From NCBI GenBank assembly GCA_050183625.1, contig JBFXBD010000022.1, positions 23,052-87,051 on the forward strand: a stretch of 64,000 nt of DNA, written 5' to 3'. The DNA comes from Gammaproteobacteria bacterium. GTDB taxonomy: Bacteria; Pseudomonadota; Gammaproteobacteria; JADZEE01. A program made the position numbers and the translations under genes. The notes under the pieces are model-generated. The model saw nothing but the letters and a program-made list of their open reading frames with translations, was not told the origin of the DNA and made no database searches. The stretch's first letter is position 1; each line of letters begins with the position of its first letter. Positions 18,527 through 27,957 of this stretch are shown piece after piece.

Positions 18527-18985
18527 TCAACGAACGACGGTCACCGGGCAGTGCGCGTGCGCCAGTACCTGCAGGCTGACGCTGCCCAGCAGCAGGGCCT
18601 TGAACGCGGAATGCCCGCGGCTGCCCATGATGATCACGTCCGCACGGTGCTCGTCGGCGAAGCGGCAGATCTCCTCGGCCGGGTGGCCCCAGAGTTCCGC
18701 CGTCTCCAGCGTCACGCCAGGACCGACGCAGTCCCGAACCTTCGCGAAGACCGGCGCCGCCACCGTCCGCGAAGCGCGCCCTTCCATGCCCGCGGGCTTG
18801 TGCGGGCTGTCGCTGAGCGCCATGACCACGTTCTCGTAGAGATCCGAATGTGGATTGGCGTGAACGATGACCGCGTTGAGCCGCGAGCTGGTGGCGCGCG
18901 CCGCGCGCCCGGCGAATGCCGACGCCTTGATTGCGCCTTCGGAACCGTCCACCGCGAGGACAATCAGGCCGGAAGTCTCGACCAT
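18527..18985 (-). CDS. Universal stress protein (UspA family)
   Basis: LIVLAVDGSEGA and the G-x2-G-x9-G-S region VIIMGSRGHSAFKALLLGSV are present. An AGGAGGAG RBS lies upstream of the ATG at 18983-18985. The track ORF is over-extended at the N-terminus. Confidence 0.8.
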   Translation of the reverse strand: MVETSGLIVLAVDGSEGAIKASAFAGRAARATSSRLNAVIVHANPHSDLYENVVMALSDSPHKPAGMEGRASRTVAAPVFAKVRDCVGPGVTLETAELWGHPAEEICRFADEHRADVIIMGSRGHSAFKALLLGSVSLQVLAHAHCPVTVVR

Positions 18986-19276
18986 GGCGTATCTCCTCCT
19001 ACTCGGTTCCTGACCCAAGTGTAGGCGTTCCCCGCGCGTTTTCCATTCGCCGCCGGCCCCGGTTTCGCAGCTCATCCAGGCGCCCGTTTCATCGGGCCAG
19101 CTACCCATGGGCGCGCGGCCTGTCCAGGTGTTCGGTACCGGAGTACAGTGGGCCGCGCGCGCTGCTCGCGCGCGATTGAAGCGCGATTGAACGTTTACGC
19201 GCGGAGGTCATCGCCCACCTAGGGATTGTATTCGATCCGAAACCGCTGACTCAGGCATCAGTCGCAGGAGGTGCCC

Positions 19277-20884
19277 ATGAGACTGAAAGCGTACCGCCCG
19301 GGCGCCCTCGCGGCGCGTGGGGTGTCGAGATCGACGCATTCGGCGTCTGCCGCCCGCATCATCGTTTTCGTTTTCGCCCTGCTCGCGGCCGCGACGGGTT
19401 GGGCCGACGACGTCGACATCGACACGCCGCGGCTCACGGTCAATGACGACGGCACGTGGCAGTACGACTCCGCGGGAACGATGAGCGGCGCCGAACTCGG
19501 CAGGCTCATCGAAAACGCCATCGGCAAGGGCAACTACCAGCAGACGACGGTGATGCTCAATACCTGCCATTCGGGCGCAGGAACGCAAACCGTGGGCGCC
19601 GAACTCGCCGGGCCGCACAACGTCATCTCGACCTGCGGCCCGGGCCAGACCACGGCCGTGGAGCGCGACCGGGCCAACGGCAAGATTTTTGGCTTCCTGC
19701 CCGCGCTCCTGGATTCGGTCATCGCCGATCCGAAGAAATCCGTCGACGAGCATTTCGACAACGGCAAGGCCGCCGAGCCTCGCCTGCCCAAAACCCCCGA
19801 GCAGGAGGCGGCCGAGAAGGCGCGCTACGAGCGCTACCGCCAGAGCCTGGTCGAGGAGAACACCAGACGCGGCGCGCAGAACAAGCCACCGCTCCAGGTG
19901 CCCCCCGCGTGGGACGAAGGCGGCCGTGACGAGCGAATCCAGGAACCGCAGAGCGGCCAGAGTGCCGACAAGCCCGGCACGAAGCCGCTCGCGGCCGGTG
20001 CGAAAAGCAACCACGCCGTGATCTACCGCACGGACGACCGCGAATCCGCGAAGAAAGAGGCGGAAAAGGCCAGGGAAGCCTTCGCGAAGGCGGGTTTCAC
20101 CAGCGTCGTCGAACTGACGCCGCCCACCGCGGCGGACAACGCGACGATCGGCAAGGCGAGCGGCGGGCCCGCGCCTGCCATCCGGGGTGACATGGCGACC
20201 CCGGGGAACCTGCAGAAGACCCTCGAAGCGCTCAGGCCCAGCATGAACCCGGAAGCACATCTCGCGGTCGTGGTCCTCGCGCACGGCGCGCTGAGCACGC
20301 GCTCGAACAACACCCAGGGCAACGCCGGCGCGGGCAACGGCGCGCGTCATTCCATGGCGAATCCCTTCGACCATATCGGAAGCCATGCGACGGCGAACCT
20401 GCTCGCGGAGGAAGCATTGATCGGGTCCGGCTTCATCGTCGACGACTACCTGTTCTCGCGCTGGGCTCAACCGGCGCTGGTGATACAGACGGCGGAGGAA
20501 TTCAGTCCGGGCCAGCAGCCCGTGCAGGTCGCGCTCAATGGAATCTTCGTGGGCGACATGCGCCTCGGTCCGGATGGATACGGTCACATCGGCTACCACC
20601 GGCTCGATCTGACGGACGACATGATCGCGGCGATCGTCGATGGAACGGACATCACCGATGGCCTGGAACTCTCGTTCGGATTCGCCAGTCCAGCCGACTT
20701 CTTCACGCTCGCCACGCAGGAGGATCTCGCCGCGAATGGCGGCGCCCTCCGCTACGCCGGTACCCGCCTGCTGTTCAACCTCAGCGGGTCGCCCGGGATG
20801 CCCGTCTCCGCCCCGGGAAGCCTCGCGCTATCGGTTCTCGCGGGTGTGCTGTTCATGCGCGACCGGCAGGGGGCCAGACCGTAG
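19277..20884 (+). CDS. Large secreted hypothetical protein with a charged central region and a PEP-CTERM-like C-terminal tail
   Basis: AGGAGG lies 5 nt before the ATG at 19277. There is a signal peptide (IIVFVFALLAAATGWA). The C-terminus is PVSAPGSLALSVLAGVLFMRDRQGARP. No family is recognised. Confidence 0.55.
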   Translation: MRLKAYRPGALAARGVSRSTHSASAARIIVFVFALLAAATGWADDVDIDTPRLTVNDDGTWQYDSAGTMSGAELGRLIENAIGKGNYQQTTVMLNTCHSGAGTQTVGAELAGPHNVISTCGPGQTTAVERDRANGKIFGFLPALLDSVIADPKKSVDEHFDNGKAAEPRLPKTPEQEAAEKARYERYRQSLVEENTRRGAQNKPPLQVPPAWDEGGRDERIQEPQSGQSADKPGTKPLAAGAKSNHAVIYRTDDRESAKKEAEKAREAFAKAGFTSVVELTPPTAADNATIGKASGGPAPAIRGDMATPGNLQKTLEALRPSMNPEAHLAVVVLAHGALSTRSNNTQGNAGAGNGARHSMANPFDHIGSHATANLLAEEALIGSGFIVDDYLFSRWAQPALVIQTAEEFSPGQQPVQVALNGIFVGDMRLGPDGYGHIGYHRLDLTDDMIAAIVDGTDITDGLELSFGFASPADFFTLATQEDLAANGGALRYAGTRLLFNLSGSPGMPVSAPGSLALSVLAGVLFMRDRQGARP

Positions 20885-21262
20885 GGCATGCCACTGTTTC
20901 GCACGTCCGCGGGCAACCATTCGGGCCGTGCGTCGCAGGCACGAACCGCGGTGGCGGATCGATCCGCGGCGACGCCGCGCCGGTTTCCTGGCCTGGATCA
21001 AGTCCGCGGCGTTGCGGCGGCCGGCGCGTCGCTGATCCGCAATACCGGCCGCTGTTAGAATCCCGCAAGCTGTTTCATCCGCGCCGCGCTTGGGCTCATG
21101 CCGCACGCGCCTGCCTGAACGGCGGGCCGTTTTCGTTGTCCGATGCATCTTGTGCCGGTGTCGGGGGCATCGCCGAACAGTGCCGGGGGTCCCGTCGCGC
21201 GATCATCGCGCCGCCGGCAGCCGCGGCTTTTCGGTCGCGGTTCTATTTCGAAGGAGGAGTTC

Positions 21263-22189
21263 ATGCACGCAACCCGAGTGGCGTCCCTGGTGTCGGGCGC
21301 ATTGTTGATGCAGGCCGCCGCGCTGGCTGGCGCGGCGCAGGAGGATCGGCCCGTGACGCTGCGATTCGCCGGCGCGGTCAACGGCAGCGCGTTCGAATGC
21401 GGCAGGCAGTATTCCGGCGTCGGCAGCGGTGGTTCCACGATCGAACCGGGTGACTTCCGCTTCTTCGTCTCGGCCGTCGAATTGATCGGCCGGGACGGCA
21501 AGGCGGTGCCGGTCGCGCTGGACCAGGACGGCGTCTGGCAGTATCGGGACGTGGCGCTGGTCGATCTCGAAAACGGCGCCGGCGCGTGCGGCAACGGCAC
21601 CGCGGCGGTCCACGCCGAGGTCAGCGGCCGGGTTCCGCGCGGCGAGTACACCGGCGTGCGCTTCACCCTGGGCGTGCCCTTCGAGTCGAACCACGGCGAC
21701 CCCACCCTCGCGCCATCCCCGCTCAACCTCACCGCGATGTTCTGGAACTGGCAGGGCGGGTACAAGTTCCTGAAGGTCGACCTGAACAGTGCGGTTCAAT
21801 CCGCGCATGCCATGGCCGGCGCTCATGGCGCCGACGCGGGCGCGCGCCATGCCGGCGGTCACGACGCCGCCAGCGCCCCGGGCTTCGCCCTGCACCTGGG
21901 CAGCACCCAGTGCGCCGCCCGGTCGCAGACCGAGAGCCCCTCCGCGTGCCGGAATCCGAACCGCGTGACCGTGACGTTCGAGGGTTTCGATCCGGACCGC
22001 AATACGATCGTCGCCGACATCGGCGCGGTGCTGGCCGGTACCGATGTCGAGCGCAACGCTCCGGACACGTCGCCCGGCTGCATGAGCTTTCCGAAGGACG
22101 CCGATTGCACCGCGGTGATGAATGCCCTCGGGCTGCCCTACGACGGCATCGCACCGGCCGGCGCGCAGAAGTTCTTCAGCATGAAGTAA
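21263..22189 (+). CDS. MbnP-like periplasmic partner protein (metallo-mystery pair)
   Basis: AAGGAGGA precedes the ATG. There is a signal peptide, several Cys residues and a Trp-rich core (WNWQGGYKFLKVD). It lies immediately upstream of a diheme peroxidase, as in MbnP/MbnH pairs. Confidence 0.5.
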   Translation: MHATRVASLVSGALLMQAAALAGAAQEDRPVTLRFAGAVNGSAFECGRQYSGVGSGGSTIEPGDFRFFVSAVELIGRDGKAVPVALDQDGVWQYRDVALVDLENGAGACGNGTAAVHAEVSGRVPRGEYTGVRFTLGVPFESNHGDPTLAPSPLNLTAMFWNWQGGYKFLKVDLNSAVQSAHAMAGAHGADAGARHAGGHDAASAPGFALHLGSTQCAARSQTESPSACRNPNRVTVTFEGFDPDRNTIVADIGAVLAGTDVERNAPDTSPGCMSFPKDADCTAVMNALGLPYDGIAPAGAQKFFSMK

Positions 22190-22197
22190 GGGCGCTC

Positions 22198-23364
22198 ATG
22201 TCGCATCGTGTAGGCCGCGCCGCGGGCCGCGGGGCGCGGGGCGTGAGGGCCATGCTCGCCGGCGCCGCCATGGTGCTGGCGCCGGTGCTCGTCGCCGGTG
22301 CGCCCGGCTGGGATATTCCCGCCTGGGTTCCGCCGCCGCGCGAGCCCGCCGACAATCCGGCGACGCCCGCCAAGGTCGAACTCGGCCGGCACCTGTTCCA
22401 CGACAGGCGCCTGTCGGCGGATCAGTCGATGGCGTGCGCCACCTGCCACGAGCAGGCGCGGGCCTTCACCGACGGCAAGGCCGCCGCGACCGGTGTGACG
22501 GGCCAGACCGGCAGGCGCAACGCCATGCCGCTGGCGAACGTCGCCTACCTGCCTACGCTCACCTGGGGCAACCCGCAGATCGACTCCCTCGAAGCCCAGT
22601 CGCTGATCCCCCTGTTCGGCGAGCACCCGGTGGAGATGGGAATGGCGGGTAGGGAAGCGCTGCTGTTCGAGCGGCTGCGCGGCGAGCCGATCTACCGGGA
22701 GCTGTTCGCCGCGGCGTTCCCCGAGCAGGCGCGCGCCGGCCCGGCGCAACTGTATTCGCTGGCGACCGTCACTCGGGCGATTGCCGCCTTCGAGCGCACG
22801 CTGCTGTCCTTCGACTCGCCCTACGACCGCTACAAGTACGGCCGGGAGGAGGGTGCGCTCAACGCGGCCGCCCGGCGCGGCGAGGCGCTGTTCTTCGGTG
22901 AGAAGATGGAGTGCTACCACTGCCACGCCGGCCTGAACTTCACCGACAATCTCCAGCATGCCCGGCTGGCGTTTCCCGAGAAGGGCTTCCACAACACCGG
23001 CCTGTACGACACGGACGGCAGGGGCGCATATCCGGCCGGGCACGAGGGCATTGCGGAGTTCACCGGGCGCGAGGGCGACATGGGCAGGTTCCGCACGCCG
23101 AGCCTGCGCAACGTCGCGCTCACCGCGCCCTACATGCACGACGGATCGATCGACACCCTGGAGGAGGTGATCCGCGGCCACTACGCCGTAAAAGGGCGCG
23201 CGGCCTTCGGCGGGCAGGCGCCGAATCCGCTGCGCAGCCCGCTCGTCGCCGGGTTCCAGGTCAGCGATGCGGAGGTGCGCGATCTCGTCGAGTTCCTGAA
23301 GTCCCTGACCGACGAGCGCTTCGTCCGCAATCCAAAGTTTTCCGACCCCTGGCCGGCGCAGTGA
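22198..23364 (+). CDS. Diheme cytochrome c peroxidase family protein (MbnH/MauG-like)
   Basis: Two CxxCH motifs (CATCH and CYHCH) are present, with the CCP/MauG family conserved region PSLRNVALTAPYMHDGS. It starts 9 nt after the upstream gene. Confidence 0.8.
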   Translation: MSHRVGRAAGRGARGVRAMLAGAAMVLAPVLVAGAPGWDIPAWVPPPREPADNPATPAKVELGRHLFHDRRLSADQSMACATCHEQARAFTDGKAAATGVTGQTGRRNAMPLANVAYLPTLTWGNPQIDSLEAQSLIPLFGEHPVEMGMAGREALLFERLRGEPIYRELFAAAFPEQARAGPAQLYSLATVTRAIAAFERTLLSFDSPYDRYKYGREEGALNAAARRGEALFFGEKMECYHCHAGLNFTDNLQHARLAFPEKGFHNTGLYDTDGRGAYPAGHEGIAEFTGREGDMGRFRTPSLRNVALTAPYMHDGSIDTLEEVIRGHYAVKGRAAFGGQAPNPLRSPLVAGFQVSDAEVRDLVEFLKSLTDERFVRNPKFSDPWPAQ

Positions 23365-23367
23365 CCG

Positions 23368-23495
23368 CCCCGGTCATTGCGAGGAGCGAAGCGACGAAGC
23401 AATCCACGCGCCGCCGGTGGCATCCAGGCCGGTGGGTCGCTTCGCTGCGCTCGCGACGACGAAGGGGTGGTTCATGGATTGCGAAGCGAAGCGGT
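23368..23495. repeat. Composite palindromic REP/MITE-like element, copy 1
   Basis: It contains the unit gtcattgcgaggagcgaagcgacgaagcaatcc and the unit ggtcgcttcgctgcgctcgcgacgacgaaggggtggttcatgg, shared with the copies at 35.8, 49.15, 49.8 and 60.95 kb. Confidence 0.7.
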
Positions 23496-23655
23496 CGATA
23501 CGGACTGAGCTGCGTCGGCGCTACGCCGACATGGCGTACGAGCGCGCGCCGGTGCGGTCGCCTGCGACGAATCGTCGCGGTCACGTGCGCGACGCGCGGT
23601 TGTGGCACACTCGGATGAAGAATCGGTCGAATGCCCGCCCGGGCAAGGGAGCCTC

Positions 23656-24477
23656 ATGAAACCTGCACTGCGTACCCTCGGACTGCTGTTCACGCTGGCT
23701 GCCGCCGGCAGCACACACGCCGCACTCGTGACGGTCGACACCGGGCCGCTCACGATCAGCTACGAGGAGAGCGACCTCATCAACGTCGGCACGCCGTCGT
23801 TCGGCGCGACGCATGTCGTATTCAGCCCCGGGCTCTACATCGAAGCGCCGCCGGATCAATCCTATTACTATGACTCGGCCTACTTCGCCGTGCGGCTGGA
23901 CGTCCGGGCCAACCCCGGTTATCGCCTGCTCGGCGCTTCGCTCGCGGCCGACGGCGGAAGCTACGTCGGCGACGACGCCATCGTCGGCATCGACGACGCC
24001 TTCTCGCTCGTGTACTACGGCGCCAGCTGGTTCAGCGGCGCGCTGAGCGGCAGCGGCCCGTGGAGCACCAGCGGCAATGCGCAGATCGCGTTTCCCTACG
24101 TCGGGTTTTCCGGCAGCGCGTGGGTGACCACGGAGAACCACTACAACTACGAAGGTATCGTCGGCTACGAGCAGGAAGCGCGATACGACTACGTGTACAC
24201 CGAGGTCATCGTCGGCTATGCGCCAATCTACGACGGAGAGGGCAACCAGATCGGCGAGGAACCAATCTACGAAGGCCAGTACGAAGAGGTCTTCGTCGGC
24301 TACTTCGACGTGCCGATCTACGGCACGATCTACCAGACCAGCGGCGGCAGCATCCGGCTCGACAGCATCGTGCTCGACCTTCAGGTCGAGGCCGCACCCG
24401 TGCCACTGCCGCCGGCGGCACTGCTGCTGGCGAGCGGGCTCGGCATGCTCGTGCGCCGACGCGCGCGGCGCGGATGA
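23656..24477 (+). CDS. PEP-CTERM domain secreted protein
   Basis: There is a signal peptide (MKPALRTLGLLFTLAAAGSTHA) and a Tyr/Gly-rich body. The C-terminus VPLPPAALLLASGLGMLVRRRARRG is a classic PEP-CTERM tail. Confidence 0.7.
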   Translation: MKPALRTLGLLFTLAAAGSTHAALVTVDTGPLTISYEESDLINVGTPSFGATHVVFSPGLYIEAPPDQSYYYDSAYFAVRLDVRANPGYRLLGASLAADGGSYVGDDAIVGIDDAFSLVYYGASWFSGALSGSGPWSTSGNAQIAFPYVGFSGSAWVTTENHYNYEGIVGYEQEARYDYVYTEVIVGYAPIYDGEGNQIGEEPIYEGQYEEVFVGYFDVPIYGTIYQTSGGSIRLDSIVLDLQVEAAPVPLPPAALLLASGLGMLVRRRARRG

Positions 24478-24503
24478 GAACGTGAATCCGGCTGCGCCTT
24501 GCG

Positions 24504-25520
24504 TCAGCCGAGCGCACGGCGCATCGGCTGGAAGCGGCGCCGGTATTGGGCCGGCGTGAGCCGAACCTCGCGCCGGAACAGGCGGCCGAAGAAGGCCGCG
24601 TCCTCATAGCCGACTTCCTGCGCGATCGCCTCCACCGGCGCGTCGGCGGCTTCGAGCATCTGCTTGGCCTCCTCGATGCGCAGGGTGTGCACGTAGTCCA
24701 GCGGCGTCATGCCGGTGGCCTGCCGGAAGCGGCGCTTGAACGTGCGCTCCGGCAGGCCGGATAGCTTCACCATCGCCGCGACCGGCGCCGGCGCCATGTA
24801 GTGCTCGGCGATCCAGGCCTGGCAGCGGGCAATCGCGGCGTCGTCCACCTGCCGCGTGCGCGCCAGGCGCGCGAAGGGCTGCTGGCCCGCCGCATGCCAG
24901 TCGATGAGGTTGATCCTGGCCACCTGCATGGCCGCATCCACGCCCGCCAGCCGCGCGATGAGGTACAGGGCCAGATCGAGCCATGTGGTGCCGCCGCCGG
25001 CCATGACCAGCCGGCCGCCTTCGCCGGCGACGACCAGTGCGCGCTGGCCCTGGACCTTCACGGCCGGATAGTCGCGCGCCAGGACATCGCACCACGCCCA
25101 GTGGGTGGTGGCTTCGCAGCCCTCCAGCAGGCCCGCCTCGGCGAGCAGCATCGCACCGGAGCAGGCGGTGGCGATCGTGGCGCCCGCCTCGAAGCGCCGC
25201 CGCAGCCACGCAATCTCGGCGTCGAAGCGCCCGGCAAGCGCAGTGCCCGGCGGCAGGTTCACTTCCGGCACGCAGATCACGTCGACTTCAGGGCAATCCT
25301 GCAGCGCGACCCCGGCGAAAACCGGCACCTCGTTCGTGACCATCACGCTGCCGGCGCTGCGCGCGACCAGCAGTGGCTCGATCAGCTGCGTGCCCGGCGA
25401 ACCCTCGACGATCACGCCCCAGTCGCGCCCCGCGGCGGCGAGCAGGTCGACCATGCCGAAGACCACCGATGCGGAGGTCTCCGGAAAAACCAGGATCGCG
25501 ACCTGCAAGGGGACGGTCAT
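24504..25520 (-). CDS. GlxA-family transcriptional regulator (DJ-1/PfpI domain plus AraC HTH)
   Basis: There is an N-terminal DJ-1-like domain (ILVFPETSASVVFGMVDLL...ATACSGAMLLAEAGLL) and a C-terminal AraC HTH. The start is at the internal ATG 25518-25520. Confidence 0.75.
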   Translation of the reverse strand: MTVPLQVAILVFPETSASVVFGMVDLLAAAGRDWGVIVEGSPGTQLIEPLLVARSAGSVMVTNEVPVFAGVALQDCPEVDVICVPEVNLPPGTALAGRFDAEIAWLRRRFEAGATIATACSGAMLLAEAGLLEGCEATTHWAWCDVLARDYPAVKVQGQRALVVAGEGGRLVMAGGGTTWLDLALYLIARLAGVDAAMQVARINLIDWHAAGQQPFARLARTRQVDDAAIARCQAWIAEHYMAPAPVAAMVKLSGLPERTFKRRFRQATGMTPLDYVHTLRIEEAKQMLEAADAPVEAIAQEVGYEDAAFFGRLFRREVRLTPAQYRRRFQPMRRALG

Positions 25521-25632
25521 GGCCGATTCGTCAGGTTCCTTGCCGATTTCACTGCGGGCGCTTCGGCCCGGCGGGCCTAATGTTGCGCCAACCGGAAGCC
25601 GGGGAAAACCCCGCCCGCAACAGGAGACCGCC

Positions 25633-26577
25633 ATGAAGAACCGACGCTCCGCCCTGCCGCAGCCCGCCGATCGCCCCTTCCTCACCGACAGCGGCCTGGA
25701 AACCACGCTCATCTTCCACGAAGGTTTCGAACTGCCGTACTTCGCCTCGTTCGTCCTGCTCGACAGCGCCGCGGGCCGGGAGCGGCTCGCGCGGTACTTC
25801 GCCGAGCACATCCGGATCGCCCTGGACGCGCGCACCGGGATCGTGCTGGAGACCCCGACCTGGCGGGCCAGCGCCGACTGGGGCGCCAGGCTCGGCTACG
25901 ACGCGGCCCAGCTCGCGGCGGTCAACCGGGCCGCCGTCGCCCAGATCGTCGAACTGCGCGCGGCGATGCAGGCGCCGGCCACGCCGATCCTGGTCAGCGG
26001 CAACCTCGGCCCGCGCGGCGACGGCTACCGCGCCGACCGCCGCATGCGCGTCGAAGAGGCCCGTGACTATCACGCGCCGCAGGTCGATACCTTCGCCGGG
26101 ACGCAGGCGGATCTGGTCTCGGTGTTCACGATGAATTACGTGGAGGAGGCGATTGGCGTCGCGCAGGCCGCGCGCGCGGCGGACATGCCGGTCGTCGTGT
26201 CCTTCACGGTCGAGACCGACGGCCGGCTTCCCAGCGGCCAGCCGCTCGCTGACGCCATCCGCGCGGCCGACGACGCCACCGGCGGCTACCCGGCGTACTA
26301 CATGCTCAACTGCGCCCATCCGAGCCATTTCAATCACATCTTCGACGGCGGCGACTGGCAGGCGCGGCTGCGCGGCGTGCGTGCCAATGCGTCCAGGCGC
26401 AGCCACGCCGAACTCGACGAGGCGACCGAACTGGACAGCGGCGATCTCGACGATCTCGCGCGCGGATTCCAGGCGCTCAACGACCACCTGCCGGCGCTGC
26501 GCGTCGTCGGCGGGTGTTGCGGCACGGATCGCCGGCACATCGAGGCGATCCGCGACAGCCTGCTGACGGCGGCGTGA
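25633..26577 (+). CDS. Homocysteine S-methyltransferase family protein
   Basis: It carries LTDSGLETTLIFHEGFELP and a C-terminal GGCCGT zinc-binding motif. CAGGAGA precedes the ATG. It lies divergent from the GlxA regulator. Confidence 0.75.
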   Translation: MKNRRSALPQPADRPFLTDSGLETTLIFHEGFELPYFASFVLLDSAAGRERLARYFAEHIRIALDARTGIVLETPTWRASADWGARLGYDAAQLAAVNRAAVAQIVELRAAMQAPATPILVSGNLGPRGDGYRADRRMRVEEARDYHAPQVDTFAGTQADLVSVFTMNYVEEAIGVAQAARAADMPVVVSFTVETDGRLPSGQPLADAIRAADDATGGYPAYYMLNCAHPSHFNHIFDGGDWQARLRGVRANASRRSHAELDEATELDSGDLDDLARGFQALNDHLPALRVVGGCCGTDRRHIEAIRDSLLTAA

Positions 26578-26777
26578 CTCGCGGCGTCATGCGTCACGCG
26601 GATCGCTCCGGAACGGTGCGGCGAAGGGCGCCGGCCGGGGCGGATGCAATCGCATCCGCCCCGGCCGCGCGTTGGGTGGCGCAGTGCCGGTATCGACTCG
26701 TTGGTCCGGCGTGTGGGTCGTCACGGCCGGCGCGAGTTTCAATGCCGGTTCTTCCAACGGCGCGCAGGGAGCAAACG

Positions 26778-27761
26778 ATGTCGATCAGGGACGATCACCG
26801 GATCCGGCGCACGCGCGCCGCCTGCGCAATCCTTGGTGCCGCGCTCGCAGCCGACGCCGGCGCTGCGGGCCTGCTCGATTCGCTGCGCAACCTCGCCACG
26901 CCTGCCGAGTACGTCGTGCGCGGCCGCCTGCAGACCCGGGACGGCCAATGGCTCACCTGCTTCGACGGCATCCAGGCCGGTTACCTGGGCCGATCCGACA
27001 TGGCGCGGCCCGGGGATGCGCGCGTGGAACCCGCCACCGGCCGCATGCAGTTGTCCACGGCAGCGATCCCGGCCGTGGTGATGACGCGCGAAGGCGTGGT
27101 CGCCCCCAACGACTGCGATGCACTCGCCAGCCGGCAGTTGCTGGTCCTCGCCCCGCCGCCCGCAACGGGGTTGCCCGCGGGCGACGGCCTCATTCGCGAC
27201 AAGTACGGCTGCGGGACGTGGACGGACGCTGAATTCCGGGCGGCCGACAAGGATGCCATCATGGCCTGCCAGGCGCGCGTGTTGACCGAGCGTGAATGGG
27301 CGCGGCAGCAGGCCGGGCAGGCGGCGGGCAGCCCCGGTTCCGCGGCGCCGCCCGATGCAGCGCGACAGGCGACGCTGGAGCAACTGCAGGCCGACACAGC
27401 GGCGAAGTTCGCTGCCATCCAGGCCGGCGCCGGCGCCCCCGCGGCCCCGGCGTCGGCGGCCCCGGCAGCCGAGGATCTCGCCTGGGACGGCGCGAAACTC
27501 TGCGGCCTCAAGCCCGCCTACATGATGAAGCTTCGGGACGAAGCGCTCGCCTTCGTGCGCCTGGATGGGGCCGCCGACCGGATCGTGATGTCCGAGTTCG
27601 CCGGCGGAGAGCGGCGCGAGATTGCGCTGGACGCAAACACCTTCGCCCAGCGTGCCTCGTTCAACGCCTCGGCCATCGGCCAGGGCGGCGACAACTGCGG
27701 CCGTGCGTTCTGGAACGCGGAGGCGTTCAAGGCCGCCTCGGCGGCGATGACCGCGCGTTGA
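26778..27761 (+). CDS. Hypothetical secreted protein
   Basis: There is an ORF with a signal-like N-terminus, an Ala/Pro-rich linker and conserved Cys pairs. No family is recognised. Confidence 0.45.
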   Translation: MSIRDDHRIRRTRAACAILGAALAADAGAAGLLDSLRNLATPAEYVVRGRLQTRDGQWLTCFDGIQAGYLGRSDMARPGDARVEPATGRMQLSTAAIPAVVMTREGVVAPNDCDALASRQLLVLAPPPATGLPAGDGLIRDKYGCGTWTDAEFRAADKDAIMACQARVLTEREWARQQAGQAAGSPGSAAPPDAARQATLEQLQADTAAKFAAIQAGAGAPAAPASAAPAAEDLAWDGAKLCGLKPAYMMKLRDEALAFVRLDGAADRIVMSEFAGGERREIALDANTFAQRASFNASAIGQGGDNCGRAFWNAEAFKAASAAMTAR

Positions 27762-27957
27762 CTCGTACCCGGCACGCCAGGGTGGCGTGCACTACCGGTC
27801 CCAACGCATCTGTCATACCCTTGGGTACGCAGGTGTGATCCTGCCATGAGTATCGTTTCGACACCGTGCGCCTCGGTCTGAAGGGGAACGTCACCGCCGG
27901 TTTCCCTGGCGCGCGCGAATACCGACTGACACCGCACCCAGGCTGAAGGGGGCCACC

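Noticed and set aside
23181-23659. Small ORFs with LLRRFAPRND / VIARSEATKQS / FAALATTKG peptides at 23.2-23.7, 49.1-50.1 and 60.9-61.2 kb
   Set aside because: They are translations of the REP/MITE-like repeat units in various frames, and the same peptides recur wherever the repeat occurs.
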